NCBI GenBank assembly: GCA_010909165.1
Contig: MU008152.1
Span: 186,001 to 250,000 of the forward strand
DNA length: 64,000 nucleotides
Direction: 5' to 3'
From: Anthoceros angustus
Lineage: Eukaryota > Plantae > Anthocerotophyta
Shown here: in pieces, positions 1-12,507 of the stretch
Layout of the letters: each line of letters opens with the position of its first letter
Position numbering within the stretch: the stretch's first letter is position 1
Program-made: the position numbers and the translations under genes
The notes under the pieces: model-generated
What the model was told of the DNA's origin: nothing
Database searches by the model: none
Seen by the model: only the letters and a program-made list of their open reading frames with translations

Positions 1-965
1 CCTGCATGCCCTGATGCTCCAAAGCATTCAATGACCGGACACATTCACTCAAACGTCCTTGGTCGCACAGGCTGCTTACATCTGCAGGTGTCATCCACAA
101 GTCTGGCCTACCGACCCCCTTGCTTGAACTGCCAGAATGGTAATCAGCGGCATAGTTTCAGCGGGATGGTCTGCATCACCTGACCACAAAGTGAACGCTT
201 GCCCAGACTACGAGTGAAAAAAAAAGCCCCTTAAGCAAACTATCATCTGCAACACCCAGCAGTCAAACAGTTCCATTCAGGGTTTGGCCTACTTAAGACT
301 CACATGCCCATCAGGCTGCCTGCCACGCAGACACTGGCTTCTGACTCCGTCCCAAAGGTTGCAACCTGAAGATGTTTGCCCTCTTTCATAGCCTTTACGC
401 TGCTACGCAGGCAGAATGAAAATGTTGCCATTCCAGAACTCATGGATCATAAAAAGTTGCTGCTGAGGTGGGTGAGAAAATACCTGCCAGAACTCTCGAG
501 CTCACCTCCGTAATGAACGGAATGCAAGCTGGAAACCCTTTCCCAGTCAATCCACAAGCCATCACTTCTGGACATTTCCACAGAGCCCGTATAATTCTTG
601 TCTCCCTGTGGCGGTGACCAAAGATTAGCCTCACGCATGCCCACATCAGTGCCTGCTGAATTCAGTTGATAGAGCGACACTTTGTACCTTTCTCAACCTA
701 GGATAGCCCAAGAAAGCTTCCTGTCGGGAAACCTCATCTGCATTTCAGATGCGAGGTGTTAATCATTCAAAGACGTTAAAAGTGCAGGAAACGTAGAAGC
801 GGAATGAAGCTTGCTATTGTCACCTTCTTGTCCCTTTGTATTGCTCCGTAAGGTGGACAGACGCCTGAACCATTCCTCCATGATGATGTAGGGACTGAGA
901 TTGGACTTCATCAAAATGCGCACCTTCACCTTCATACGGCTCTCCAATGCTCCAATCCTGGACAT
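1..965 (-). CDS. Probable multi-exon gene of unknown function, 3' end runs off the window
   Basis: ATG at 965 opens MSRIGALESRMKVKVRILMKSNL...; several plausible GT/AG junctions (GAAG|GTGAC, GGAG|GTGAGC, GGCAT|GTGAGT); divergent from the exonuclease gene. Exon phases not resolved and no family recognised. Confidence 0.35.
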
Positions 966-1827
966 GAGCTACGAGATAGCTGAGAAAGACCTGCACCCTC
1001 CTCGTTTTCGTGAAACGAAATTTTTGGTTTCAACCGGAACTTTTGGTATCAACCGACTCTTTCGACGATTCCTTCAGCATTGGCAAACTTGAGTTTTCGT
1101 GGTGGAAACCCGACTGGCTGCGGTGTTTGTCTGGTATTTTATGACAGGACCGCGTGTCTGGTTGCCGGGGGTGGGAAATGAAGGCTCAAAGTGCGGTGGA
1201 GTACACTCCGTGTCTGGATGAGATACCAGCTACTGGGATACCCAGAATTTCATCGTTTCCTTTGAAATGGTCGGGGTGGATGGATTTTGAGCCAGTGTTG
1301 TGATGGTTGCCAGTCTGAAATTCAAATCTGGGACAACAAATATCTCAACTTCATTACATGCTAGGAAGCTTTGAAGAGTTGCCGTTGGCCGGACGATTTC
1401 CGCCAAACGAACAAAACATTCCCGGTCACCGGACTTTGAATCAAACGAAGCAAGGCCGCTCTTTTTTTGATTTAGACTGCTTTCACCAGGTTGTTACAGT
1501 TCGTACGCTGCGCTGACTTAATGCAATGACATCCTTGCTGAAGAAAGAAGCTTCCAATCGAACATCCATCGTCAAGGAAAGAATCACAGACACCGCCTCT
1601 AGATCAAACATCCATCGTCCACGAGGAATCACGACACCGTCGTCGATCTGTCGATTTCCGGCTCGAACGGTTTCGCTTTGGATGGTATCCAAGACATCCG
1701 ATTCGGGAAAGTACCCATAAAAAACTCGTGTTTTTTCGATTGAAGGAAAGGGACGAAAGGAAGCAAGGAGAGGCAGGAAAGGAAGGGAGGAAGGCATCGG
1801 TTGTTCGGCTGCGTCTGGAGGTAGAAA

Positions 1828-4258
1828 ATGGAAAATCTGAGCGAGATGGATGCCAGTCTGCCTGCAGGGGAGATGGCGAGCTACTGGCAGATGGAGTTCC
1901 CGGCGGAGGATATTTTGTTTGTGCAGTCTGCAGAATCTCCGAAATTCGAGCGCTTCATCGCAGCCTTGGAGGATGCCTGTATGGTAGGAATGGATGCCGA
2001 GTGGAAGCCGGTTCGAAGTCCCAAAGCCTCGCCTCGCGTGGCCGTGCTGCAGCTCTCGATCCGTGTCCGGAATAGTTGCGGAGAAGAGGGGAGCTGTGAA
2101 GGAAATCAGCTGCTGCATAGCCAAGTCCGGGGAAGCGGGGAGTTGGAACTAGCTCCGGATACTGGACAGGCCCAGGAAAGCTGCACCATATATCTGCTGG
2201 ACATGCTGGCTCTCCCGGCAGCTGCCTTCAGTGCACCCATGAAGCGGATGCTGTGCAGTCGGAACGTGTTGAAGCTAGGTTTTGGGTTCAAGCAAGATTT
2301 GCTGCACCTGGCCGCAACCTTCCCAGGACCGGATGCGCGCGGTTGTTTTGACAAGGTATTTCTGCGTGCTGGCTACTGAGTGCATCTTAGCTGTGCAGGA
2401 GGTTTGGTGGCTGATCTTAGAAGCCGGTGCTGTGTGAAGAGTAGCGGCATGAGAGTTCAAATCACTGAGGGCGTCTGGGCAGGTCGAGCCGTATGTGGAC
2501 ATTGGAACACTGTATCGGCAACTTCGAGGACGAAATTCACTGAGCCTAGCCAAGCCTGCGCGTGGATTATCGACTGGCAAGGAGTCTAGTTTGTCTGCGA
2601 TCTGTGAAGCCATTTTGGGGTTGCCCCTCTGCAAGGTATGTAAGAACAAGGGACGTTAAGCTGACTGTTTTGAGTTTTATTATGTGTCATGCTTTGACTC
2701 ATCAGCTTTTGTTTATGCAGGATGTACAATGTAGCAATTGGGAAATGAGACCATTGAGTCCGGAGCAAGTGGCTTATGCAGCCGCTGATGCCCATTGTCT
2801 TCATCTCATATTTGACTCTCTACAATTGGAAAGCCAAGCTTTCATCGAGGAAGGTCTCTGACATGGTCTCTGCTTGTTTTATCAAGCTTGCAGGATGAGA
2901 GGTGCATAACGTGTCAAACTGGTTTGTGTTTTCAGAAGGAAGAAGGATGGTTCGTGTCTCAGCTTCCGCCAGCAGTTTAGTTGGACTGGCAATGCTGCTC
3001 GAGGACGCAAATGACTACGTGACTGGAAACATCTTCAGGGCCAGACGGGGGTTGGCACAGGAGATGGTAGAGGAGGCACTCAATGCGTTTCTATCCGGAG
3101 ATTATGAAGCTCTCAGAAAACAATTTTCCCTGCCTAAGTATCTGGTGAGGATAGCTCAGAGGTTTGGAGAGCGGCTACTGGTTACAGAAGATGACAGTAA
3201 ACGGAAGCTGGGGCGTAGGAAACCAAGGAGCCGGCAAGCGCGAGATGCTGCAAGGAGATCGCCAGAGCATGAAGTGAGGCTGGAGTGGACCGGACCCCCA
3301 CCTTGGGATCTGTCAGTAGGTGGCAATGGTGTGCCAAAATTTCTGTGTGATGTCATGGTGAGTGTTTGAGAGATTACTGTGAATAGAACAGGCAGAACAG
3401 GCAGGCAGCTTCGTTATCAGTGCTCCATGGTTGTCGTGTGATTGTATGTCCTGAACGTGAAGGGCTGTGGTGCAGATAGAAGGTTTGGCACGGCATCTTC
3501 GATGTATGGGCATAGACACTGCCTACCCTCAGACCAAAAAGAGCGACCCCAGGTATGCTACAATTTTGTGTGGTCATTCCTGTTGTGCTTAGTAAGTCCC
3601 TGACAACTGGACCAACAGGCAGCTCGTGGAACAAGCTGAACGGGAGGGAAGAGTGTTGCTGACAAGAGACGTGAAGCTACTGAGGCGGCGTCTTATTCCC
3701 GACAACCTGACCTACCGGGTGAAGAACTCTGTGAAACAAGACCAGCTGCTGGAGGTATATGGGTGAAGAAGGCACTAGCCATTCACCAATTTCGTAGAAA
3801 GGCGAGACAAACATAGCTGACCATACTGGTGGTAATGCAGATCTTGACTTGCTTCAACATCTCTGTTACCCCTGACCAGCTTCTGTCAAGGTGCATCAAG
3901 TGCAATGGCACGTTTTCGCCTCAAGCGCTGAACGCCAGTGAAGCTGCGGCTGCAGCCCCTGATCATCAGCAGCCCCTTCCTAAATGCGTTTTGGAAGCAG
4001 ATCTCGAGTTTTGGCAGTGCTCTGCTTGTCGGCATGTCTTTTGGCAGGTAAAAACACGTTAAACCTTGTTCCTTCGCAAATCGACTGTATCCAAGACAAA
4101 CCCTTGTCTGCTTTGTGCTGCAACAGGGATCTCAGTTTGCTAGAGCCATGGAGCAGTTCACCACCATAGTCTGCCAAATCACTACTCGGATGCCGGGAGA
4201 TGATGTGCAGGAGCCCCCGGCCCTATCCGGTGAGGAATATCTGTACCTTGACATCTAG
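1828..4258 (+). CDS. DEDDy 3'-5' exonuclease fused to a Mut7-C (PIN-like + Zn ribbon) domain, mut-7/Nibbler/EXD3-like
   Basis: Spliced exons give ExoI VGMDAEWKP, ExoII LGFGFKQDL, ExoIII SNWEMRPLSPEQVAYAAADAHCL, then PKFLCDVM-IEGLARHLRCMGID, RVLLTRD, SRCIKCNG and FWQCSACRHVFW. Canonical GT-AG introns; stop TAG at 4256-4258. Confidence 0.9.
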
Positions 4259-4978
4259 AAGATGAAATAAGACATCTTGTACTATAGGGGCCTGATGACA
4301 GACCGAATGAGGACTATCCTTGCACTTTGTGCAATTTTGTACATATTCTTGGTCGGGCAATAGAAAGAACAGGCAACTCTTTCAACAGCAGCAGAGAGAG
4401 ACCACCATGAGAGCACATGTGTTATTGCAAGCCTTCGTCTTCTCCTGACCATCTGTCAGGATTGGAGGTGGTCTTACAAGTTCTCTTGGTTATCTCCAGC
4501 CTCAGAGCTCACCGTCCGCAATCGTGCTTCTTCGTAAAAAATCACACATCCTGAGGTGACAGAAACAAACATGGTGTTCGCTTCGAAGACTGTCCATCGT
4601 CTTGAAGACTGCAGAATCCCTGTCCATCCCGGTGTCCCAAAGGAAGACGATGTGGCACTTCCGATCGTACGAGCCAGCATTAACGGCCATCGGGTATCGA
4701 TTTGCAAGCGTCCTGTTATGACTGAGATGCGAAATCACAGGAATCTAACTCCCATGCCAGTTAATGGTTAGAACTAGAAAATAGAAACTGCTTGTATCTG
4801 TGTCGGCCCTCTGAAATGAAGGGCTCTTTTAGCTTTGTGGCAAACTTATTATTGAGGGAAAAGAATTATCAGAGTATAGAATAATCGTCTTGCACGCTGT
4901 TGCTCGTGGAACCGGATTCCTTTACTTCTGCTGCCCTCAGCTAAACCGTTGTGCGTCTGAAGCTGCGCACCGGCGAAC

Positions 4979-5861
<883 letters not shown>

Positions 5862-6061
5862 GAAGGAATCGGGTGGTCTGCAGTGGAACACCCAGAGCTG
5901 CCTACAAGGTTTTGTACCAATTACTGTATCCGGGAAAAACTATTGGTTGGAGAAAATTTGAGTCTCGAAAGTGTTTGCAAAGTGTACCATAATTGGTTAC
6001 GGTAGATTCTATCGAAATCAAACGGGGTATCATTCTCTGCCCATAGTACGAATTCTACGTA

Positions 6062-7307
6062 CAGTCAAACCCCTCTAATTGGGACCCCTATAAATGGGAA
6101 CCCCCTTTAAATGGGACGCCCGGGCTTACTCCCTTGAATGTGCTACATGCTAAATGGGAAACCCCTCTAATTTGTAAATGGGAACATGTCTCCCAAACAT
6201 TCAATGCAAGTACACCTCTGTAAAAGGGAAAATACATATTTAAAAAAATAAAAAATTGAGGAAATCGTCTTATCGAGATTAAACCATGAGTTATTGAGAT
6301 TATGGCAAGTTAAAGGCTATCGAGATTATATCATAAAACATAGACAGTCATCGAGATTGGGCCTATATACGTAGTAGTTCACACTATGCTTTGTGATCAA
6401 GCATTGTTCCTAGTACATAAGTTGTTTCATTTGTAAAAGTTGTCTTATGGTGTTGTAAGTTGTGTTATGGTGTTAAAGGCCAAAGAATAGCCAAAGAAAC
6501 GTGAAGGCTTGTGCAGAGAAGGCCAAAGAATAATCAAGAACGTCACGCAAGCATGCTACCCTAACAAAGCAACAAAAGAAAGAGGTTTGTGAATATTATG
6601 TCCAACACTCTTGCACACTTAAGGAGTTGACTAGATGGACAACAGAGAAGTTTTCAATAGCGACTTCTAAAAGTGCATTGTCTAGGATTGTGAATGACAA
6701 AGACAAATGGTTGGACCTCGCCATTCGATGTTGGATATCCAACGATGACAAATCAAGAGTATCTCGAACTTTGAGGAGGATGAAGGATTGGAGACTACGA
6801 TATTCCTACAGAGGACGAAATATGGCAAGCATTAATCCCTCACTTTGTCAATGAGCGGTGAGGAGAATGATACAACGCTGGAGACCATAGCGCCAAGACC
6901 GCGTCGACAAAGGATCGTAGATAATGCTATGAGGATAGTGAAGATGTTTTGGAAGAGATGCCACATAACACTCTTGATGCTTTGAAGTTGCATTCTCGGT
7001 TGGAAAAACATATTGCTAGTCATTGGATGAAAGTAACTCAAAGATCAATCAAGGATTGATGATTATTTTAACCGCAAACTAGAATTAGGTTGGCAGCTAT
7101 GTAGTATGAGGGAGCATTTTGGATTTTTGGATTGTTTTGGATTTTTTGGAAGCTTTTAAGCTCTTTCGAATTTTTGATTTAAAGGAATTTTTGATTTTTT
7201 AAATATTTTTATTTTCAAAAAAAAGGTGAAAATGCCTAATCGGGAACCCCTCTAAATGGGACGATTTTTGCTACTCCTAATTGTTCCCAATTAGAGGGGT
7301 CTGACTG
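6062..7307 (+). mobile_element. Non-autonomous pogo/Tigger-type (Tc1/mariner) DNA transposon, internally deleted
   Basis: TIR CAGTCARACCCCTCTAATTGGGA at both ends, flanked by TA at 6060-6061 and 7308-7309. Internal relic TLTKQQKKEVC...KELTRWTTEKFSIATSKSALSRIVNDKDKW resembles a CENP-B-type HTH; no catalytic domain seen. Confidence 0.85.
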
Positions 7308-7439
7308 TACCTCGTAACTGTGCACCGAACAATCCAGTCAACTCTCCAACTTGCACCAAACAACCCAATTAATTATTGGGGGGATAAAAATTTAAAACAA
7401 CCAACCTATATATCATTACAAGACTTCCGAGCGTTCGGA

Positions 7440-7945
7440 GGGGCGTTGCTAAAACCAAACCAGGGATAGGCAAAACCAAACCAGGTATACTCTTTCCCGT
7501 GTGTAGAGGGGATACTCTTTCCAGTGTCTAGAGGGGATACTCTTTCCAGTGTGTAGAGGGGATACTCTTTCCCAGGGATACTCTTTTGAATGTGTAGAGA
7601 GGATACTCTTTCGAATGTGTAGAGAGGATATTCTTTCGAACGTGTAGAGAGGATACTCTTTCGAGTGTGTAGAGGGGCGTTAGAGGGGATAATCTTTTGA
7701 GTGTATAGAAGGGCGTTACGAAAACCAAACTAGGGATGCGAAAACCGAACCAAGATACTCTTTCGACTGTGTAGAGGGGCATTGTGAAAACCGAACTAGG
7801 GAAACTCTTTCGAGTATGTAGAGGGGCGTTGCCAAAAACGAACCAAGGATACTCTTTCGAGTGTGGAGAAGGGCGTTGCGGAAACCAAACTAGAGATACT
7901 TCCAAGTGTGCGTGAGGGCCGTTGCGAAAACTGAACTAGGATGCC
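7440..7945. repeat. Minisatellite with nested ~24 bp and ~46 bp units
   Basis: Recurrent GTGTGTAGAGGGGATACTCTTT(C/T) units and longer AAAACCAAACTAGGGATACTCTTTCGAGTGTGTAGAGGGGCGTTGC units. Confidence 0.85.
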
Positions 7946-8027
7946 TTTATCCCTTTAGCATTCACACGAAGGAACATGACTTACCTCATGACAACAGGGG
8001 CCGACCATTTGAGCTTTTTTCTTTCAG

Positions 8028-8143
8028 TTTACTCATTTTTATGCTTGTTAGTTACTTTTACTCATTTTTATGCTTGTTAGTTATTTTTACTCATTTTTAT
8101 GCTTATTAATTACTTTTACTCATTTTTATGCTTGTTAGTTACT
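8028..8143. repeat. AT-rich ~29-30 bp tandem repeat, about 4 copies
   Basis: TTTACTCATTTTTATGCTTGTTAGTTACT repeated head-to-tail. Confidence 0.85.
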
Positions 8144-8933
8144 TTGTCGTTTTGTAGCTGTTATTTGAATTTTTGGTTTTTATTGTTTTTAAGATTTTTG
8201 TAAAATCAATTATGTCGACTGATTCTCCTAGGCTTATCATAGCTGCAAGAATGGGGTTGGCCTCCCCCTTTCTTGTACTGTTGCTTTCTTCCGGCAGAGA
8301 GTTTTCATCGCTCTGTAGAGGGCGTTGGCCAACTTAGTGTACAAAATGACAGCGAGCGCGGGAGAAGCAGCTTCTTCGACATCGGTGGTAAGTAGGCCTT
8401 TTCACAAACCTGACCACGAAACTTTTTCGGCGGTTGGTAGTTTGGAAATGCGTGATCGTGGAGGCTAATCCCCCTAGCATGGTGCCCTTCGTTGGGTTTT
8501 CCTCCCTTTGTTTTTGGGGTGGATGGGTCTTTTTTATAATAAAGTTTTCTTTTCCTCTATTCTCCTAGAATGTCTTGTTTTCTATGTATACCAAAACCAA
8601 CTCGGGCAGGGCACTTTCCATATGCATAAAGAAATGTGCGCGTGGTAAAAAAATACCTGATTTTGAGGACACATACCAGCATGAACCGAAAGGTCCTTAT
8701 GGTGTATTTTTTCTCAAGCGATATCACGATGGCTGATTGTTAAGGCCACTCCGTTGTTGGAGCTATGATGGGCATAGTAGCTACAATCCTGTCTACAGAT
8801 CATGCCGGCGCCCAAGTCATGCCCAAAGGCTACGTGCCTTGAAAATATACTTTGTGCTTCAATGAGTTTGTACGTGGGAAAGTTAATGAAGTAAATACAA
8901 TTTGAGCTTCTTAAGCAAGAGGTCTTGGGTTCA

Positions 8934-9741
8934 AGTAAATTTTTCCTAGTGTGTAGGGAATAGGTAATATAAGATAAATTTTTCCTAATGTTTAGGGAAT
9001 AGGTAATATGGATTGAAATGAGAGAGATTAAAGGTTCAAGTCTTCTTTTGAGGCGCTCGCCTGCCGGTGCCCTTTAAAGGTAAATTTTTCTAAGTGTTTA
9101 GGGAATAGGTAATATGGATTGAAATGAGAGAGATTAAGAGTTCAGGTCTTCTTTTGAGGCGCCCTTTAAAGGTAAATTTTTCCTAGAGTTTAGGGAATAG
9201 GTAATGTGAATTAAAATAGATTAAGGGTTTAGGTCTTCTTTTGTGCTGGCGCCCTTTAAAGGTAAATTTTTCTTAGTGTTTAGGGAATACGTAATATGGA
9301 TTGAAATAAGAGAGATTAAGGGTTCAAGTCTTCTTATGAGGCGTCGGCATGCCGACACCCTTTAAAGGTAATTTTTTCCTAGTGTTTAGGGAATAGGTAA
9401 TATGGATTGAAATGAGAGAGATTAAGGGTTCAAGTCTTCTTTTGAGGCGCTGGCATGTAGACGCGCTTTAAAGATAAATTTTTCGTAGTGTTTAGGGAAT
9501 AGGTAATATGGATTGAAATAAGAGAGATTAAGAGTTCAAGTCTTCTTTTGAGGCGCCGGTATGTAAGTGCCCTTTAAAGGTAAATTTATTGAAGTGTTTA
9601 GGGAATAGGTAATGTGAATTAAAATGAAAGAGATTAAGGGTTCAAGTCTTCTTTTAAGGCGCCGGCATGCCGGCGCCCTTTAAAGGTAAATTTTTCCTAG
9701 TGTTTAGGGAATAGGTAATATGGATTGAAATGAGAGAGATT
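8934..9741. repeat. ~120 bp tandem satellite, about 7 copies
   Basis: Unit AAGGTAAATTTTTCCTAGTGTTTAGGGAATAGGTAATATGGATTGAAATGAGAGAGATTAAGGGTTCAAGTCTTCTTTTGAGGCGCCGGCATGCCGGCGCCCTTT, with variants. Confidence 0.9.
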
Positions 9742-12507
9742 AAAATCCGAGATTACTAGTTCGAGTAATGCTTCTTTATTTTGGCCAACATAGTTTGTGT
9801 TGTAAAAGTGATAGATAATAGGTTCGGTTAAAATCCCTTATAGGATAAAGGTTTCATAAGTGCCTTAATCGGAACAGTGAAGAAAGACATGACACGACCA
9901 AGTTTCTTCCTTATTCTCGAGCTCACTGTAGGCCGTGACTATCTTTCTAAGCAGGTCATAGCAATTGAACACGTGTTTTGTGTGTTGGACACCATCTTTG
10001 TGAGCGATCAAGGCTGCGTCGTCATTAGAACTGTTAAAGGTGCTGTGTTCTTTCTCATTCTCTTGCGCAAGAAAGCGACACATGGCCTAATGTATGTAAG
10101 TCATAATGTGCATGGGTGCACGACAAGTAGTTGTAAGCCCTAGTGTTAATGCGAACGCATGCGCACCAGCGCTCACAGAAAACTTATCTAAGGACGTCGG
10201 CATGCCAACCTCCTTAAGAGGGAGCATAAGAGCATAAGATGGTAGCATATTAGCGCCTTCATTAGTATAACCCTAACCCTAGGGTTAGGGTTTAGGGTCT
10301 CAGCCTTTTTAACGAGCGTGCGGGTTAGGGTGCAATTATGTGGGTCGAGAGTTACATAGTGTTTTGTTGAACTTTGTGTTGTGCAAAGAGCGCCGACATG
10401 CGACTTCTGAATCCTTTCACGAGTAACGCCTTCAGGGCCGATTTTTGATTCGTCCATGACACCCTATTGTAAACATGTCGGAGGGGTTGGATACGGGCAC
10501 TAGTAAGCCGGCGCCAACCACCATACCTAGAAAGGTATTACTCTTACAAATGGAGTGAAATTGCAATCCGAAGAAATAGCACCTACCCCAAATAATCGAA
10601 GCATGCTTAAATATGCAATATAGTTACTGTCAAAATTTGCGCAAGAGGGTTTTTGAATTCCAGAAGCGGGTTCGTATATTCAGCCGCTTCAAATATTATC
10701 GTGTTTAGCATTCTGTTGTTATATACTGCATAATATTAATATCGATATGCAAGATAATGATGTTGACTGTGCCATGGACTTAATACCTCTACATGATCCT
10801 GAGTGCATTACAGTCCCAAGTGCAAGGGTTGTAGATGCAGTAAGGGAAAGTTTAAGGGACAAGCTAGCCCTCATTTTGTGGCAAGAGGACCACAACTTAG
10901 ATCCTAGCGAGTAGGTGAAATTTCTATTGCTTATCTCTCATTCCACACAAGTAAATAAACTAAGCTTCATACCATCTTGTTGCTATTGACAAGGGTCAAT
11001 AGCAATCATGTCATCTGGTGGGTCAAGAGTTGAGTTCACAACCATCATCCAAGCCTGCAATGGTTCGTACAAATCCTAGTTGAAGTCTACAGGCAATGTT
11101 TTATCCTTTCTGTCCAATGAAGACATTCACGAGTAATGCGGGTGATCACTTTGTATTCCATGCCGACTGTAATAAAAATTTTCTTCTATTATTGCCGTAA
11201 TAGCTCCCACTTGGATCTCCACTGATCTGGGGAAGCATTGGTATCATGCTTAACGCTGAAAGCTGCTCTTGAATCCCACCTAATAGTCGTAGACTTCATC
11301 TTCTCTTCATCTTTTCATCAAAAAAAAAAAGCAGAGAGTGATGGGGAGGCGAGGGGAGATTCTCAAGTGTTTCTTATGTTCTTCTATAGAAGGAAACTGT
11401 GAAATTTGACAGCACCAGCCAGCGGTGAGGGGCATAGACTCCAAGACTCGAGATTCCTCCATGCAATAGCGTTGGAGGCATCTCGAGCTCACATAATTAT
11501 TAAATAATAGATCTTAAAAATAATTATTATCAATAATAATTTTAATTAATAATTAAATCTACTTGCAAGCGTTGTACTATAAACTGTAAGCGCTTTTTGA
11601 AGTTCGTGTAAGTACAGATATAATTATATCTAGAAAAACGTATACAATAGACTGTAAATATAAACCCTCGAAACCTAAACCGAATTTGCTTCCTGTGGGG
11701 CTTTTCAAGGGTCCAGTATCATACCACTAGACCAAATCCCCGCACCGTCCATAAGGTGTGAATGCAAATTCCAAGGCAACACTCCTGAGGGTTTAGCCGG
11801 TAATTCCTAATGTGTGTCCAAATGGATTAGGCCAAATGGACACACATTTATAAGAGCATCGTTATTAAGCATCGTGCGTTTGGATCGGTACTTAGATGGG
11901 GTGCCTAAAGGGAATGGATGCCCTTGGTGCAAGTAGCTTAAGCACACCATGGTACAAGTTGTCAAGTACTAAGTCCCATGACGAAAATCCGTCCTTAGTG
12001 GACTTAAATAAAATTCTTCTTCTTCTTCTTCACTACTTTTACACTCGTGGCGGCAGATGGGAGCACTGGCACCTACAACTGTGGAACCAAATGGTCCAAC
12101 GGTCTCGTTATGGAATGGGGGAGGTGGGACATGGGTTCCACATATTTTCAAAAGGGTGCTATTGTTTACTTTGTGTAGAAGTGCAATAGCGGTATTATCG
12201 TGGTCACTCATTTTGATTTATCGTTTACAGTACTCAATTTTTTTACTTCATCGTTCCTAGGCTTTGTTGAAAAGCTTTCATCTAGCCTTTGTTGGAAGAC
12301 TATGGTCCACGAAAGAACAAACAAGTTTGCGATCGTTGTGAGAACCGTTGTTCCAAGAAACTAGCTAGCGAGTTGTTTGTTCGTTTTCACGAGAGGAAAA
12401 TATATATACATATATATATACACACGTCATGGATTCATTCAGACCGCCGGTCGAAGGTGTGTTTGACAGCACACAGCAGATCACATCATCACAATCCTGG
12501 TAGCCGA

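Noticed and set aside
7528-7905. 125 aa repetitive ORF (PLYTLERVS...)
   Set aside because: Translation of the minisatellite.
11809-11848. 12 bp inverted repeat AATGTGTGTCCA/TGGACACACATT as a Helitron end or miRNA hairpin
   Set aside because: No nearby CTRR terminus, and the stem is too short for a miRNA precursor.
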